Shown here one piece after another: positions 10,956 through 24,789 of a stretch of 64,000 nucleotides of DNA. The notes beneath the pieces were generated by a model. That model was not told the origin of the DNA. It saw nothing but the letters and a program-made list of their open reading frames with translations, and did no database searches. The stretch's first letter is position 1. Each line of letters starts with the position of its first letter. Both the position numbers and the translations under genes were made by a program. The DNA is from Saccostrea echinata (Eukaryota), in assembly GCF_033153115.1 (NCBI RefSeq), contig NW_026889750.1, positions 19,158,001 to 19,222,000 of the forward strand, given 5' to 3'.

Positions 10956-11881
10956 ATCCATGAAGGTAGATTAGAAAAGCTATGTATTCATTACAACTTT
11001 AGAAATAACAGTCTTGGTTTTATAAGAGCCGAGATACTGTTACTTTTGTTCATTTACGTGCAGGTTAGACAACAAAACACGAAACTTCAGATCATATGTA
11101 TTTTCAGATGATAAACACTAAACTGCCATGTCTTTTCGACATACTCTGAAAAAGATTTTTGTCGTTGTTGTTGTTAAAATTGTTTTTTCCGAGCTTGCCG
11201 GAATTATCTACTAGGGTGGTAAAACTGTAAGGGAAGCTAGATGTCTAGAATCTTGGCATTATATGGCCAAATTTTTTCTTGTACTTTTATGTGTAGGTTA
11301 GACAATATTATATTTAAAAAAATTCAGAATCCGGATCTAGACTGGTATTGACTGTCTCTAATCTACGAAATGTATATCGCGCATATCAGACAGGAAAGGC
11401 CAGTGTAAATTCGGATCATTTCTATTTTTGTATGACAAAACGAAATTGTTATCGTACAGTCTATCTACAGTAGTTTTCCAACAATCCCCGACCGTGAAGT
11501 CGAGCATGCGTATTTCAGAAATATAGACTAACGTAGTTGCTAGCGCTCGAGAGCGCTAGCAATCAACTAATGGAGAAAGAAAAGGTGTTGAATTTTTTTT
11601 TAAATTATGTCGTGAATAGCTCTGACCCCATGCAACCTGTATTTCCAACAAGCCCCTTCTGCACAAACAAAAGTATCGAATTTGGTAATTCAATTATATT
11701 CTCTTTTTTTGATAAGTCGGTGAAATTCATGGAGAATGATATGCAGATTTATCTGCTCAAAAAATAAAGAATAAGAAATGGCTCTATCAACATTGTATTA
11801 CATCACTAAAAATTATTAGGCAAATGGATATGACTGTAAGAATCACTAGTACTGACAAGTGAATAAACTATAGCTGCTTAC

Positions 11882-11959
11882 CATATGTTGAGCGACAGAA
11901 TCCGTCAACAAGTCCTTCTACTGTTGCAGGTTGTCGACAAGCACTGCAGAGATTGTGAG
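11882..11959 (-). CDS. sFRP1/2/5: sFRP1/2/5 coding exon 2 (start of NTR domain)
   Basis: Acceptor gctttttAG, donor G|GTAAGC, 78 nt, phase 1/1. Encodes HNLCSACRQPATVEGLVDGFCRSTY (CxxC...FC). Confidence 0.9.
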
Positions 11960-14900
11960 CTAAAAAGCAAACAAAAACGGAGATTGAATTCTGATAGGTA
12001 GTTCTTGTCTGAATGATTGAATTTATCTTGCATTTGAAAACAAAATCTTCCATTCAAGGATGGTAGCTGAATGATTATTCGAACTTAATGTTATGGTTAA
12101 CATTCATAAATAAGATAGTTTGTACTGGAAACGTAGTTAATTGTGAGCGGCAAGCGAAACTGACCAGAAATAAATACTAAAAAACTGTCCAGTTCATAGT
12201 TTTGACACCTGCAAATAGTGTATTGGTTAACGCTGACATTTTTAAAAGGTACTTTGCCAAAAAGGAAAAAAACGTCAGGAAGGGCAGATTTAGACCTTGT
12301 TGTCCTCATATAGTCGTTTTGTGGTTGCAAGTGGATCTAGCTAAGATGATATCCCAAACATTCCAATGGAAACGTATGCATCGAGAATAAGTCCTCTCTC
12401 TTAAAAAAATATCCAAAGAACCCATTGCAAGCTAACCCTCAACTCCATCCCCTTGTATACGAAAACGCATAACGTCATTGTAACGTCATTGTAATGAAAC
12501 AATAGAAAGCGAATAAACACCCTTCTTAATAAAAGTTGATTGTACATGCATGAAATCTAAATAGATTATAATACTTGTTCATTATTGAAAAAAAATACAA
12601 TTTTGAAGAGGAAAATTGCTTAAACTGATCCAAAATTCAACCACCATTCAAAGAGATGATAAATGACATTTATTTTTTGCACTTTAAGGCATTTGTATGG
12701 CATAAGGAATTGCAGTGATAAATGAGTGTCCGGTATATGTAAACCAAGCCATGTTTGTTACATGTATACAATAATTTCTTGGCACCTGACGTGTCAACTT
12801 TATCCGCTTCAGTAAATGGAAGGGATTAACCTACGGATATTAAAGGCTTATTAATACATTTCAAGAGGCATATCACATTATTGTGATGAATGGAATTGAC
12901 ATGCCATAATTAGCAGGTATTTATAAAACTGTGTAAATTTATTGTGGATTACGTTACGTGTTAAGTGCAAAACACAAATACAGAGGGAAATCTGATATTT
13001 ACAGTGAGACAAGCGATTCATGGAGCGGTTCAGTTGCAAATTTTGACACGTCAGACTTAGATAAAAATGTTCTTCTCACAGTGTCTATTCCAGTTAAATG
13101 ATAGTCATTAATCTCACATAACGATGTCATCCGCAAAGAAATATATATGACTTTATGAATGACTCGTCATAGCTGCATACCCTACAATGGATTTAAAACC
13201 ATAATTGTCTAATATTTTCTTTGCTTATTTTAAAATTTATGACATTAAAAATAATAAACCTCAGCCAATAGTAGTCTGAGTTTGTTAATTAAATGTGAAG
13301 AAAAAAATCATTAATACAAAACCATTTGATTTTTACTTAAGGTTGTTGTCTGTCGGTGGTACTTGTAATTTGTGTCATTAGAAACAATCAGAATTAATTA
13401 TTTCATACCTCGGGTTCAGTAGTTTGACATCTAATAGGTACAAGTTTAACACCCCCAAGCGGCCCGTACCAAGTTATGTCAAGCTGTGACAGTAGCATTA
13501 TATGATAACATATTTCACGAGTAACCGCCAAAAGAGGGTCATCATTTTTTTTTCGCCCATTTATTTCAGGATTTCTAAAGATTATGTTTGAGCAGATAAA
13601 AATCGGGCAAAGGACAAATGATGTTGAATTCTAATTAAATGTGTGTGTTCTACAGTAAGGAATTACACCACCCCAACAAAAAAAAAAATAATGTAAAAAA
13701 TAAATTGCATCAGAATTCAATCTTAAATTGAATTATAATTTTGCAACTGTTTATAGAGCAACTATTTCTAAATAAAACTATGATCTACCTTTCTTTCCGC
13801 TATTTTATTATTTTTGTCTAAAGTTAGCGCAATGAAATGACACTTTTCTCCTTTAGATTTAGATATCTTTTATGGAGTAATATTAAGATCCTATACAACT
13901 TCTAAAATTCATGAATATATAACACAAGAATCTCCCACATATTTCTTTAACTATTAGTTTACAGATGCCAGGAGTATCATGGTTAATGCAAATCACATTG
14001 GGAAGGGTATTTTCCGTCGAATTTTCAAAGAAGGGGTCACTAACCCCAGGTTTTCTTGAACTTAATTAAAATTTTCCAAATTTCTGAATCCTGCAGTCAA
14101 GTATGTGAAGTCTTAATTTGAAATACATTTAATGGGAGAAAGCTCGGTAGAAATTCGAAAGTGTAAATCACTTTCTTTTCTGTTCACAATTTTAAGAATT
14201 CTAAAATTGAGGAAATGGAAGTTAATGAGTACTAACGAAGAGTAATAGATCAATGTCTTCACTGCGGTTGCATAATTTGCAGTAATTTCAAGAGCTTTAA
14301 AGATTGTGTAAGAAGGAGATCTTCACAGAGTGGAGTTGAAAGAGAAGTGACGTGTGTTACATAATAATAATAAGAAACTAAATTGATAATTATAACTTCA
14401 TTCACTGGGTTGAAATTGTTAATTAAACGAGAAGAATCTTTGATGATTCTTTGAAAAATTATGAGTACCTAGCAAGGATATTTAAAAGAAAATGTCGCGT
14501 TGTTGGATTTTATTATGACGTTGGATAAAAAAGCACCATAAAATGATTTTCAAAACATTAAATGTGGCCCATTTATGATCTCACGCCATTTTGAGCGTCG
14601 GGTTTATGAAATATATTTTTTAAAATAAATTTTGTGCGAGGACCATGAAATTACCTATATATCTATCGTCTGCTTATATTAATCTTTCCAGATAAGCGGG
14701 TATTAAGGTTAAAGAAGGGAAATATTGATGAAGTTTAAAGATGAGCTGTAAAAATAAAAACGCATGCCTGCATAGCATGAAGGGCTTTTTTTCTACAGAA
14801 AGATCAATATATATAGTATTAAACTGCCAAGGCATAATGACTGTTGAAGATGTTGAAAAATGCTTACTAGATTAAAATTTCCAGGTAGCCTCTCTATTTG

Positions 14901-15321
14901 ATATAAATTGTATGGTGTCGTGTGAACCGAAATGACCTCGTCTGAGGACAGAGTACCGCGGCTTTCACGTCAAGATATTTGCTAGTCATTAGTAAAACAA
15001 ATTCCTTGTGTCACACTGGTCACCCTGGTGACCGATTTAGTGCCAGATGGACCCACCTCCTCCAAAATGACAATCCATCAGAATGGGGACATTAAAGGTT
15101 ACACAAACAAGCTGTGTTTCAATTACTTGTAAATATTATTTAAAGGATCTTATATTTTTTATATATTCTATATATTTGTATATATTATATATATTTGGAG
15201 GATTTTTTGGACAAAATATCTTTTTGAAAAAGTTTTTATTGAAATGTAATTCTACAACCATTGAATTAATGTTTTGTACACTAAGAGAGGCCAACAGCTT
15301 ACTTGGTGAATTCATACTCAC

Positions 15322-15811
15322 TTGTTGTCACGTTATGTAATGGTTGTATACAGAGATCCGAGTCTTCCGGAAATTTGTCACATCGGACCATATCTGGCCA
15401 GCTATAATTGTAAAATAGCATCGTTTGTTCACAGCCAGCTTTAACTGCATTACACAAACTCCGACACGGGTAGATTTTTCTGTCCAGACAAACTGGTGAA
15501 AACAAAGAACACAAGAACAATTTGGTGTCGGGATGGCATTCCACTCCCAAAAGAGATATCCATGATTTGGATTGCTGGATAGCTTCATTGATGGTGTCAT
15601 GATCCAATAGATTCGGTAGTCTCATTTGATGGTATCCGAGATTTTGGCATAAGGTTAAATTGGACGGAATGTCGATACATTTTGGCTGGTTAATCCGTCC
15701 ACTTATCATAGCCCAGTCCGGATCTATATCCTGAAGGTATCCTTCATTGGAACTGTATGAATAACACTCCGGGAAACGTAAAAAAGCACAGAACAACAGA
15801 ACGAACCACAT
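15322..15811 (-). CDS. sFRP1/2/5: sFRP1/2/5 coding exon 1 (signal peptide plus Frizzled cysteine-rich domain)
   Basis: ATG at 15811 gives the hydrophobic leader MWFVLLFCAF. The 10-Cys CRD has CIDIP..L.LC...GY..MRLPNLLDH...CHPDTKLFLCSLFSPVCLDR..YPCRSLC..V..GC...WPDM.RCDKFP..DLCI, typical of sFRP1/2/5. Donor A|GTGAGT at 15321, phase 1. Confidence 0.93.
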
Positions 15812-18800
15812 GGTAGTAGTTTTCAAACGTATAATATTTATCCAATAAGTTTAAATCACTTATGATGTCTTTTCAATCGCATACTGCATCTACAAAAACA
15901 TAGAAATTCTTTACACCTATCCTACGACTGGATTACCAGATAAATCACATTGTCTCCAAATAAAGCCGTTTTCCCTTTTTCCTTCATGCACTTCGTCTTC
16001 GACCACAGACGAATCTGTTTTAACCAATTGGGTTTTTGAGTCTCAGCGATGCGTGCTAGACCCTTCCTCTCACATCGGGTCTTAGACGCGATGTGGTTAT
16101 GTTAAATATTTTTAAACAACTTCTAATCAGCCCGATGCGACGTCACCTTGCCTGAATATAACGCTAAATAGAGAATATCAGACGAGGACACGCCAGCGAT
16201 TTTACCTTTCACACCAAAGCAAGTTCACTCGGCAAAGAGAATGTCTTGGGAAAAAAAAATTCCTGTTGAAATTTCCTGTCGATTTATTTAGTTGCATGGG
16301 CTCTTCTCTCAGTGATTACTCATTACATAATCAGCGAATTACAAAACCCTCCTCTTTCTTGGCGCGGGATCCATAGTTTTATCGACAGGTTGTTCCTTTC
16401 ATTTCAACAACCTATAAATCGTATGTTGAAAAAAAGTCATATTTACTCAGCAATAAGAGGAGATATTAATTTGGATAAAACATGTTGAAAGATTCGAAAA
16501 CTATATATTTTATTGTCTATTTTATCTGGGTTTTCTGTCATTTAAATGTTTGGCTGAAATCTTTGAACGTATATCAAAAGAACGTTAAGAAAAGAGGGAA
16601 AAAATTGTTGCACTTTGCGCACGATTACGCATGCAAAATAGTTGTCATACCTATATACCGAGGATCAAAGAAAACGGGGGTCGACAACGCTTGAGCATTT
16701 TTTTTTTCTTTTAACATTTTATTTATCATCATCTCTTCGTCTGCGAATCCTCACAAATGAAAAATTCGTGTTGATAAATTTTAATGAGGCAAATATCACA
16801 ACTCGCTCGTGAGCTTCGCCAATAATTTTGTTTTGCTAATGCAATCAGGGGAAAAAAGGCTCATTGATAAAAGAGTAAAAACGAACGAGTGATAACACAT
16901 TTATCTTCATCCGTATGTACATTCAAATTATGCACTGAAAGACGTGCAAAGTTGAATTAAGAACGAATGCTAGGCGAAAAAAGGAATTGAATAATGTTTA
17001 CTGAAAGTACAAGAACCAGTATTTAGACCAAAAAAATGTTGTTTTAGTCGTAATTTTCATAATTCATCGTTTTATTTTTCAAGCATAATAGATAGATTAA
17101 GAAGTGCTCTATAAAGAATGTTCCTCCTTTTATTAACTTAATAAATATCCGTGTCGTATAGCACATTAATTCAGAGTACTGTTGTGAATATTTTTTTGCC
17201 ACGTCATTTAAAAATCATACACATTCCGTACACTGGCTTGGACTTTTTACCCCACATTTCTATATATACTTTTTTTTTTGATTATATATAATATTTAATC
17301 TTCATTTTGCTAGTTCAAAACCATGGGGTTTTGCAATTTTGAATTTCATTGCCATGATTTAAATCTTATTTAATTTTTTTTTTTACTGTCATTGGTTCAA
17401 AGGGAAAATCATAAATGCCACAAGTGCGCAGATGAAATTTTATGACAAACATAAAAGATAAGTGAAGATTAAAAATTAAGTAAAATTAAAGAAACAAAAA
17501 AATAGTATCAGAATTGTAATGTAAATTTTTTAATGGGAATCAAATGCATGCACAAGTGTGTATGCATGTGTAATTCAACACCAAAAGCAGTCATTTAATA
17601 AAACATTGCTTTTCAAACACTTTGACATTTCAGGATGCTTACATTTATTTATTCATTTATTTTTGGCGCACATACAAAGATTTTCTAAAGCTTTCTGATC
17701 AAAAATAAATCAGCAACAGATAATTTCTCACATCGCCATGATGAGGACGATTTGGTCCCGGTCCAGAATCAACTGTCCAAACAGCTTAAATTACCGACAA
17801 AATACACCAGAAGTGTTATGTCGTTTAGTGGTCTTTACACCTTCGCGATCCTAATCTATTTATTTGTCATCATTACAAATTATCCAGCCATCTGACACTC
17901 GAGGGCTTAATCCCCAGATCCAATTCTGGGGGATCGTCTTTCTGCGTTTACACAGGTAAAAGAATGTCATTACGAGCCTTTAAAAAAATTCAGGTAGAGG
18001 TATTAACGAGTGCAGCAGACACCTGTTGCAAGGTTCACAACAATGTATAAGAAAATTATCATCATAAACATCAGCAATTTTATAAAATATTACAGAATAC
18101 CATATCGGGTAAGGGTGTCATTTACAAATAGAAGTGTGAGCCTCCAAAGATTTAGGATAACATTTCACAAAATAAAAATATGAAAGACAACTGCAGTATG
18201 GCGTTCTACTTTTTTTCCTTTATGCATGCATCATTGTAAAAATAAACTGAGATATCTTTTGAGAGCAAATTATGCGTTCACGTTAAAGAAAAACTAACGA
18301 ATTCGAAATTCTCAAAGGTCCGAAGATTTTTTTCCCCGTCAACTCAAAAGACCCATGAAAAAGCAAATATCTCCAAGGATATTTATATATTGTTACTAAT
18401 ATATCTTGCATGAATTAATAATGATCTTTATCACAATGTTTTCTAAATAAGAACCATGCCTATACGCTCACTTACCAGAACAAAGCAGATGTAATAAAAA
18501 TCATTAATACTTACAACAGAACCTAGATACAATCCCAATGTAGAAAAGACATCTACGAGTTCTAACCATTAGAATTTTCCTTTCAACCAGGTTAGCAAAC
18601 ATTAACTTGTCAACCCTTGAAAAACCCTAATCTGGTTACTTACATACGAGTAAAGACGGTCCGATTGAATGAACGAGACGCTAGACACCCAGAAATTAAA
18701 CCCAAACTTTCATTCGAAATTCAATTTTCAATAAATTCAATTTTATTGCTTGCCGTGGCCATATATAGAATTGATTACAGTAATTCAGGTGTTCGGTAAC

Positions 18801-20883
18801 ATTTTGTATAAATGAACAGATCAGCCGGGCCAAAACGGGAACCATACGTTATGTCACTTTTAAAAGACATTTGTTTGCTCTCGTCCAGACTAATTAATTC
18901 AAATTGGTTATTTGAAAATCGTGCTTAGTATATACAATCAATAACCATTTATTTCTTCAGAAGTAGTTTTAGAAATTAATGATAATGTACTTAACAAATG
19001 TGTAACTGATTCAGTGACATCGTAACTATTTCTTTCCATAGAAAATTAAGATATTGCGGATCTTTATTAAACAGCTAAACATGTTTGGTTTGTTTTCAGT
19101 TTGTGTCCTGATCATAGATCAGCTGAAACGGCTCTTTCCTAAACTTAATCTGAAACACACTTATTTACGTTAAGGAAAGAAAAGCCTTGTTTTATATACT
19201 TATGAAGTACTAGATCTGTAACCAATGAAGTAAGTTGAATTAAAGAAAATAGGATATAAACTGCTCTCTATAGTTTATTTCCAATACAGGTATAACGATT
19301 TCTCCCTAAAGATTTCAAACAGAATCCCTTTGAAATGATTTTGTCATTATATTTACCAAAATATTTATTTTATTCTATTTATTTCTTTATTTTTGAAATT
19401 ATTTAACCTCATACTCTAACATATTCTATAAAACGAATATAGCAATTGGAGCGAATATCCAAAGACACTGAAGGCAAGGCTTTAGATTACTCGTTATTCA
19501 TGATTAGTCTTATTGACTTTACACTGACCACAACAACATGTGCATGAAATAGATAAGCCAAAGATACGAGATAGTGGTCAAGCCAGGAGCTTCATATCAA
19601 ACCAAAATTACAAGTTAAAATTCACTTATGCATACAAAGGAATTTTGCCAATTTTCAGGCACTGTATTTCATTAAAAAATTAAAATAATGTTTTAACCCA
19701 AATCCTTATTCAAACTCAGATCGCATTTTGAACTCTTTTTTTCTTCCTTTTTTTTATTGAATTTGTGTGGTCCTTTGGTAAATGAGGATCTTGGTTACTT
19801 CAATTCTGACTAATTACTCCCCCAAGGACATTTTGCAGCATATGTGCAGCAAAAAATATCGGTTTTTACTGAATTTCGTAGGCATGCTATTTGTAAAACT
19901 AAATTGATAAAAACTGAGTCCATGACTTCTTAGAGAAGATATTTTCCAGTTTCTTGAAGCATCACAATTATATATGCTGTTAATGCAAATTAATATCTTC
20001 TAGTTTGTTATGGTGCAATAGCAATCTGGTTTGGAACTTTAGGATGTTAGCTTTTTTAAAGTTAATCAGAGGATTGTATTGCGATTTTGTCTCACTTATA
20101 TAGGAATAAATTGAAGAAACCATTGATACATAGTTGAAAAAGCCAACAAACTTGGACCAAAAAGATAAAAGACTTTTTTATGTTTCGTACAAAGATCAGG
20201 GATTGTGAATAAAATGTCTCAGAATCTGTCACAAACAGCACCAAAGGAAAATTAAGTATTAGAGCGCGAAATATAAGCTAAGTTTACAATTCTAGTGAGT
20301 ATTCAGACTTTAAATTTAAGGTTCATTTTCAAAAATGATCTATCATTTGTCAGACAAAAGCGTTGTTATTTTGTCAGATTTGTCATTAGAGCCACGAAAT
20401 AATAGAAGCAACTGTTGCTGAATTTGTTGTTTCTAAATACTGACGCCGGTTCTGTAGTTACTGGAGCATCCAACACGAATCAAAGTGGGGTTTTCTCATT
20501 GTATTAAAAAAAAAGTTATCAATACGTGTAAAAAGTACCTGTTTTAAGTATAGTATGTAATTGCATAGAAGATGGTCTGCAGGTTTGTTTAACTTTTGCC
20601 ATAATATTTAAATTGCACAATCATGATATTACATATACTTCTGACACCCATAAGTCAATATGCAGAGTGCCATTTCCATATGGGGTCGAAGTAATTCAGT
20701 GAAGCTAAGAATGAAATGAGGATTTACCACAACCGAGAGAAACATCATTTTATTCAGCAGTGAATTTATTCTGCTTCATAATATAATGATTTATTTAGAG
20801 AAGTTATTTCTAAACCATGAAAATACACTATTGGCACATCATTGCTTCACGTTATATTCATTAATTGCCGTAACACAGGAACG

Positions 20884-21580
20884 AACTAGAGATACTGTGA
20901 GCACTAATGTTACAAAATGATACCCCGCTCCCATATGAGTACATGTATAATGTTTTGCTATGAAGACCCCAATATATATGTCCAATCGAAATGTAAAACA
21001 AGAGGTGCACAATGGCACAATATGTACTTTAGATTCTATAAAAGTCTCATTAAATTTTATTCAGTGGTTAGGAGGAGTTGGGGATAAGAGATGAGCTAGT
21101 ACCCCTATTTTTATAGAAACAATGGCAATGTCCATGTTTTGTTATGGGATACCCTAAATATGTGTCTGACCGAAATGCAAAATAGGAGGTGCACAATGAC
21201 ACTATGTGCATGTAATAAAGATTCTGAAAGTTTCACTAAATTTTATTCAGTGGATAAGAAGGAGTTGCGGATAAGAAACGGGTAACCCCAACATTATAGA
21301 AAGAATGGCAGTGTCCATGTTTTGCTATGGGAAACCTAAATATGTGTCTGATCAAAATGAAAAACAGGAGGTGCACAATGGTACTATGTGATAAAGATTC
21401 TGTGAAAGTCTCAATAAATTATCTTATTCGATCAGTGGTATAGGAGGAGACGGGGATAAGGGATGAGCTAGTACCCCCGATATTAGGCATGGTTACCCTT
21501 AAGTGTTACAGACGAACGTACGGACGAACACACGGACTCCATCACTATATACCCCCCGGCTTTTCAAGCGGTGGTATAAC
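20884..21580 (-). mobile_element. Helentron-associated non-autonomous element (HINE-like) with ~3 internal satellite-like units
   Basis: aactag terminus, repeated gaggtgcacaatg...attcagtgg..aggagttg units about 185 bp apart, an ACGG/ACAG-type microsatellite and a terminal hairpin. A sister copy is at 29556. Confidence 0.7.
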
Positions 21581-22409
21581 TATGAAGCAAATATCCACAT
21601 CAAAAGCTCAAGCTTGTCTAAGTACACGCAGTGCGACAAAGTCTTGCATTGTATTTCTTTGCCTGATTTTAGGTTAACCAAGAAATTATGACGAAATTAT
21701 TAGCACAGAGATTCTTGGCCAGACACGAGCCATACATCAGGTGGCTGGAAGCCCGTCGTTACAAACTAGTGTTTTATTGCCTCAGAAATAAACACCACAG
21801 GAGGGATCTCAGCTTTAAGCAGACGATTCTTCAGTAGACGATAGATCATATGACTCAAATTCGCGATCTCTTGGTAATTATGTTTGTAATTTATGTACAC
21901 TTCTTAAGGGGGATGGTTATATAAAGATATTGTGAAAGTGAACGCATCACTCGAGTGGAGTGCGCATTCTTTTGTAAATAGAAAGAAATCAATTATCTGA
22001 AGAGATTAACATGTCAAGACAACATGATTTGCCAGAAATAAAATGAAATGTAAGTAGGAATATTCAGAGAAACGTCTCCATCGTCACTGAATTATAATAT
22101 TTCTGTTTAAATACTACTTCTGATAAGTATAAAGGAAAGTAAATCTTGCGACCAACTTTGCCCTCTCCCGACCGACTGATTAAAACCCGCCCGACTCAAA
22201 ACTTTTTTTAACCCCCAGGAAACAATTATTTTTTATTCATTCCTAAGTTATCTCTCCTATTTAAAACTTCATTTTCCCCCTACCTGCCTAATTTTTGTTA
22301 TCCTGAGTTGGGAGAGGGTAAGCAAACATTTTTTTAAAAGATGGCCTGGACTAGAATTTAAAAAAAATGATAAAAATATCAGCATTAAAGTAGAGACCTT
22401 GGCAAAAAA

Positions 22410-23060
22410 AAAACCCAAGAAAATTCAAAGAATTGTGGTCCACAGCTTTCGGTGTCTTAGTGGATGAGGTGCCATTATTTTTGGCATATTGTGTCAAATA
22501 TGAACGCCCTATCATATGTCATTCGAAAGTAATCACCAAAGTTAATTTTTTTTGAATTATGTCAAACATGAAGGTCATGGTCAAGGGGTCTAAAATTATA
22601 GAATGCTCGGAAATATCTTGTCACAGATAATGCACATGTCAAATATGAAAGCCCTATCTCTTGCCAATCAAAAGTTAATATAAAGAAAATAACATTTACG
22701 AAAAGTACGTCAAACTTCATGGTCAAGGTCACAGGGTCAAAAATCATAGTATATTTAGAAAGGTCTTGTCACAGGCAATATACATGTGTAATATTAAATC
22801 GCTATCTTTTCTCTTTCAAAAGTTATGACCAATTTAAAGTGATGTTAAAATTTTTGAAAAGTAGGTCACACTTCAAGGTCACGGGGTCAAACATCATAGC
22901 ATATTTGGAAAGGTCTTGTCACAGGTAATGTACATGTGAAATATGAAAGCCCTATCTCTTCTCATTCAAAAGTTATGACCAAGGTTAAAGTTTTTGTGAT
23001 AGACGGACAGACGAAAGAGATCTAATGTCCTCTCGCTTTCGCGAAAGTGGGACACAAAAA
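22410..23060 (-). mobile_element. HINE-like element, second family
   Basis: Tandem ~150-bp units (aaggtcacagggtcaaa...aggtcttgtcacagg...atatgaaagccctatc), an agacggacagacg microsatellite and a terminal hairpin cgctttcgcgaaagtg. Confidence 0.6.
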
Positions 23061-23500
23061 TGGGGATGAAAATACATTTCAAGACGTCCTGCAACTGGCT
23101 AAGGAAAGGTCTGGTCAAACTTATGCAACAATAATCAAATTAAGATTAAAATGACAGAAACTGGAGTGTAACAAAACGGTTGCTTTCTTCAATTTTCACA
23201 TTGCTAATCTAAGTTTATCAACAAATATGATCACAGCTCGACAAATATTTTATATATTAAACATTCATGTTACCTGAACTCTTGAACATGTGCCCGGTAT
23301 TTGAAATCCGAAATGCATAACATTTACGGTAGATTACAAATGTCTTTACAAACGACTTTTTGGTTACGTACAACGTCTTTAAAACTGCTAGAAATATTAA
23401 AGATACAAGATGAAAATGTATCTTCCTATCCAGAAATCAAGGAACTCTGGTCTTCAATTGGTTTGGAAATGTTGCTGCTTGAATGGCAAGTACAAGTATA

Positions 23501-23696
23501 CTGTATATCGGCTTTATTCGCGAGAACTTTTATTTTCGCGTTATACGCGAGACCGTATACTTCTCGTTTATATTTGTATCATTAGAGAACACAACACAAC
23601 CACAATCTTGCAAAACATCCTCAAGCGTATAGATACAAAATAAATACATGTATTTTGCGAAAATAAGGTGTCGCGAATATTTCGTTATCTGCACTG
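23501..23696. mobile_element. Degenerate Tc1/mariner-type MITE
   Basis: ta|ctgta left end and repeated ttcgcg/cgcgaa motifs shared with the MITE at 46830-47047. The right end is eroded. Confidence 0.45.
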
Positions 23697-24789
23697 CGTG
23701 TTCTTGTTGTTGGGCCAATAGATAAAGAACAACATGTCAATTTTTTTCAAACTTTACGTGATACTTTCCTAGATTCTAAATATTCTAATAATTAAGAAAC
23801 TTGAATTGTACACAATGACATCCAAATTATTTTCAACCACATTAAACCTTTGTTTGTTTAAAAAGAACTTCTCGTGCAAGTGTAAGTACCTCGGTCTTAA
23901 GTAATCTTGTATTATCTAATTTCTTCGTCGAGTCTCTTTAATCGATCTCAGTAATCAAAGATTTGATTTGCTACTTGCACTATGGATTGCTTTCTCTCTA
24001 TACCTTTTTATTTTGCAACATACATAATACTGAATAACTAACTGATGATATCAACTAACCTAACATGAGAATTGCATTTGAATCCATATATCTACAAAAT
24101 TAAAGTAGATGTGTAAATGTTCCTTTATAAGCTTCGCTTTTTCACGAAAAGACCTATTTCTAAATAACACTAGTATGTTCTCTTCTTACTCAAATTTCCA
24201 TGATTTGGAAAAGAGCGTTTCCCTAGAAAAGTCATCCAAGCATTTTGAATTCGTAAAACCCCTTTGCACTTCCTTACTTTTAGGGACTTAGAGTCTCTAA
24301 TAACAGAGGACGGGGATTATATTAGACTAGGTAACGCGGTCACCCTAATACAGCTTTATCTTTTAATTGGAAGGATGGTCGTGCATTCTTTTTATGCAGA
24401 GTACGCACATAAATCAATGCAACCATCCTAATGCAGCTTCTATTTGCACGTGTAAGTGGGTTTTGAAAAAGATATAATTAAATTCATTACATCATATCTC
24501 GTCCACAAAACCTCTCATAAGAACATTTCGCAGGATATGAGGTGTTGGGAGGCTTGGTGAACTGGATAGAAATTTCCTCGGCGATGATAATAGGGCTTTC
24601 AATGCTGTCTTTACGGCAAGCCATACAAAATTACCCTTGTAATTTCCGAATTACGTTTTCCGACAGATAATGGAATTAAAAGCCTAAAATTTTCGGCATA
24701 TTTTCCCCTTTTTATTTTTTATCTGTGAATGGAATAGTGATCAAGCTCTTCTAACCATACTTTAACGTACTCTGTCATGTTATCATCAC

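Noticed and set aside
11537-11562. 12-bp-arm palindrome ttgctagcgctc-ga-gagcgctagcaa in sFRP intron 2
   Set aside because: It is real but short, with no TSD or partner end found. It is probably a TE remnant and function cannot be supported.
15812-15826. TTG start extending sFRP (MKTTT)
   Set aside because: This is an artefact of the prokaryotic-style ORF caller. The ATG at 15811 directly precedes the signal peptide.
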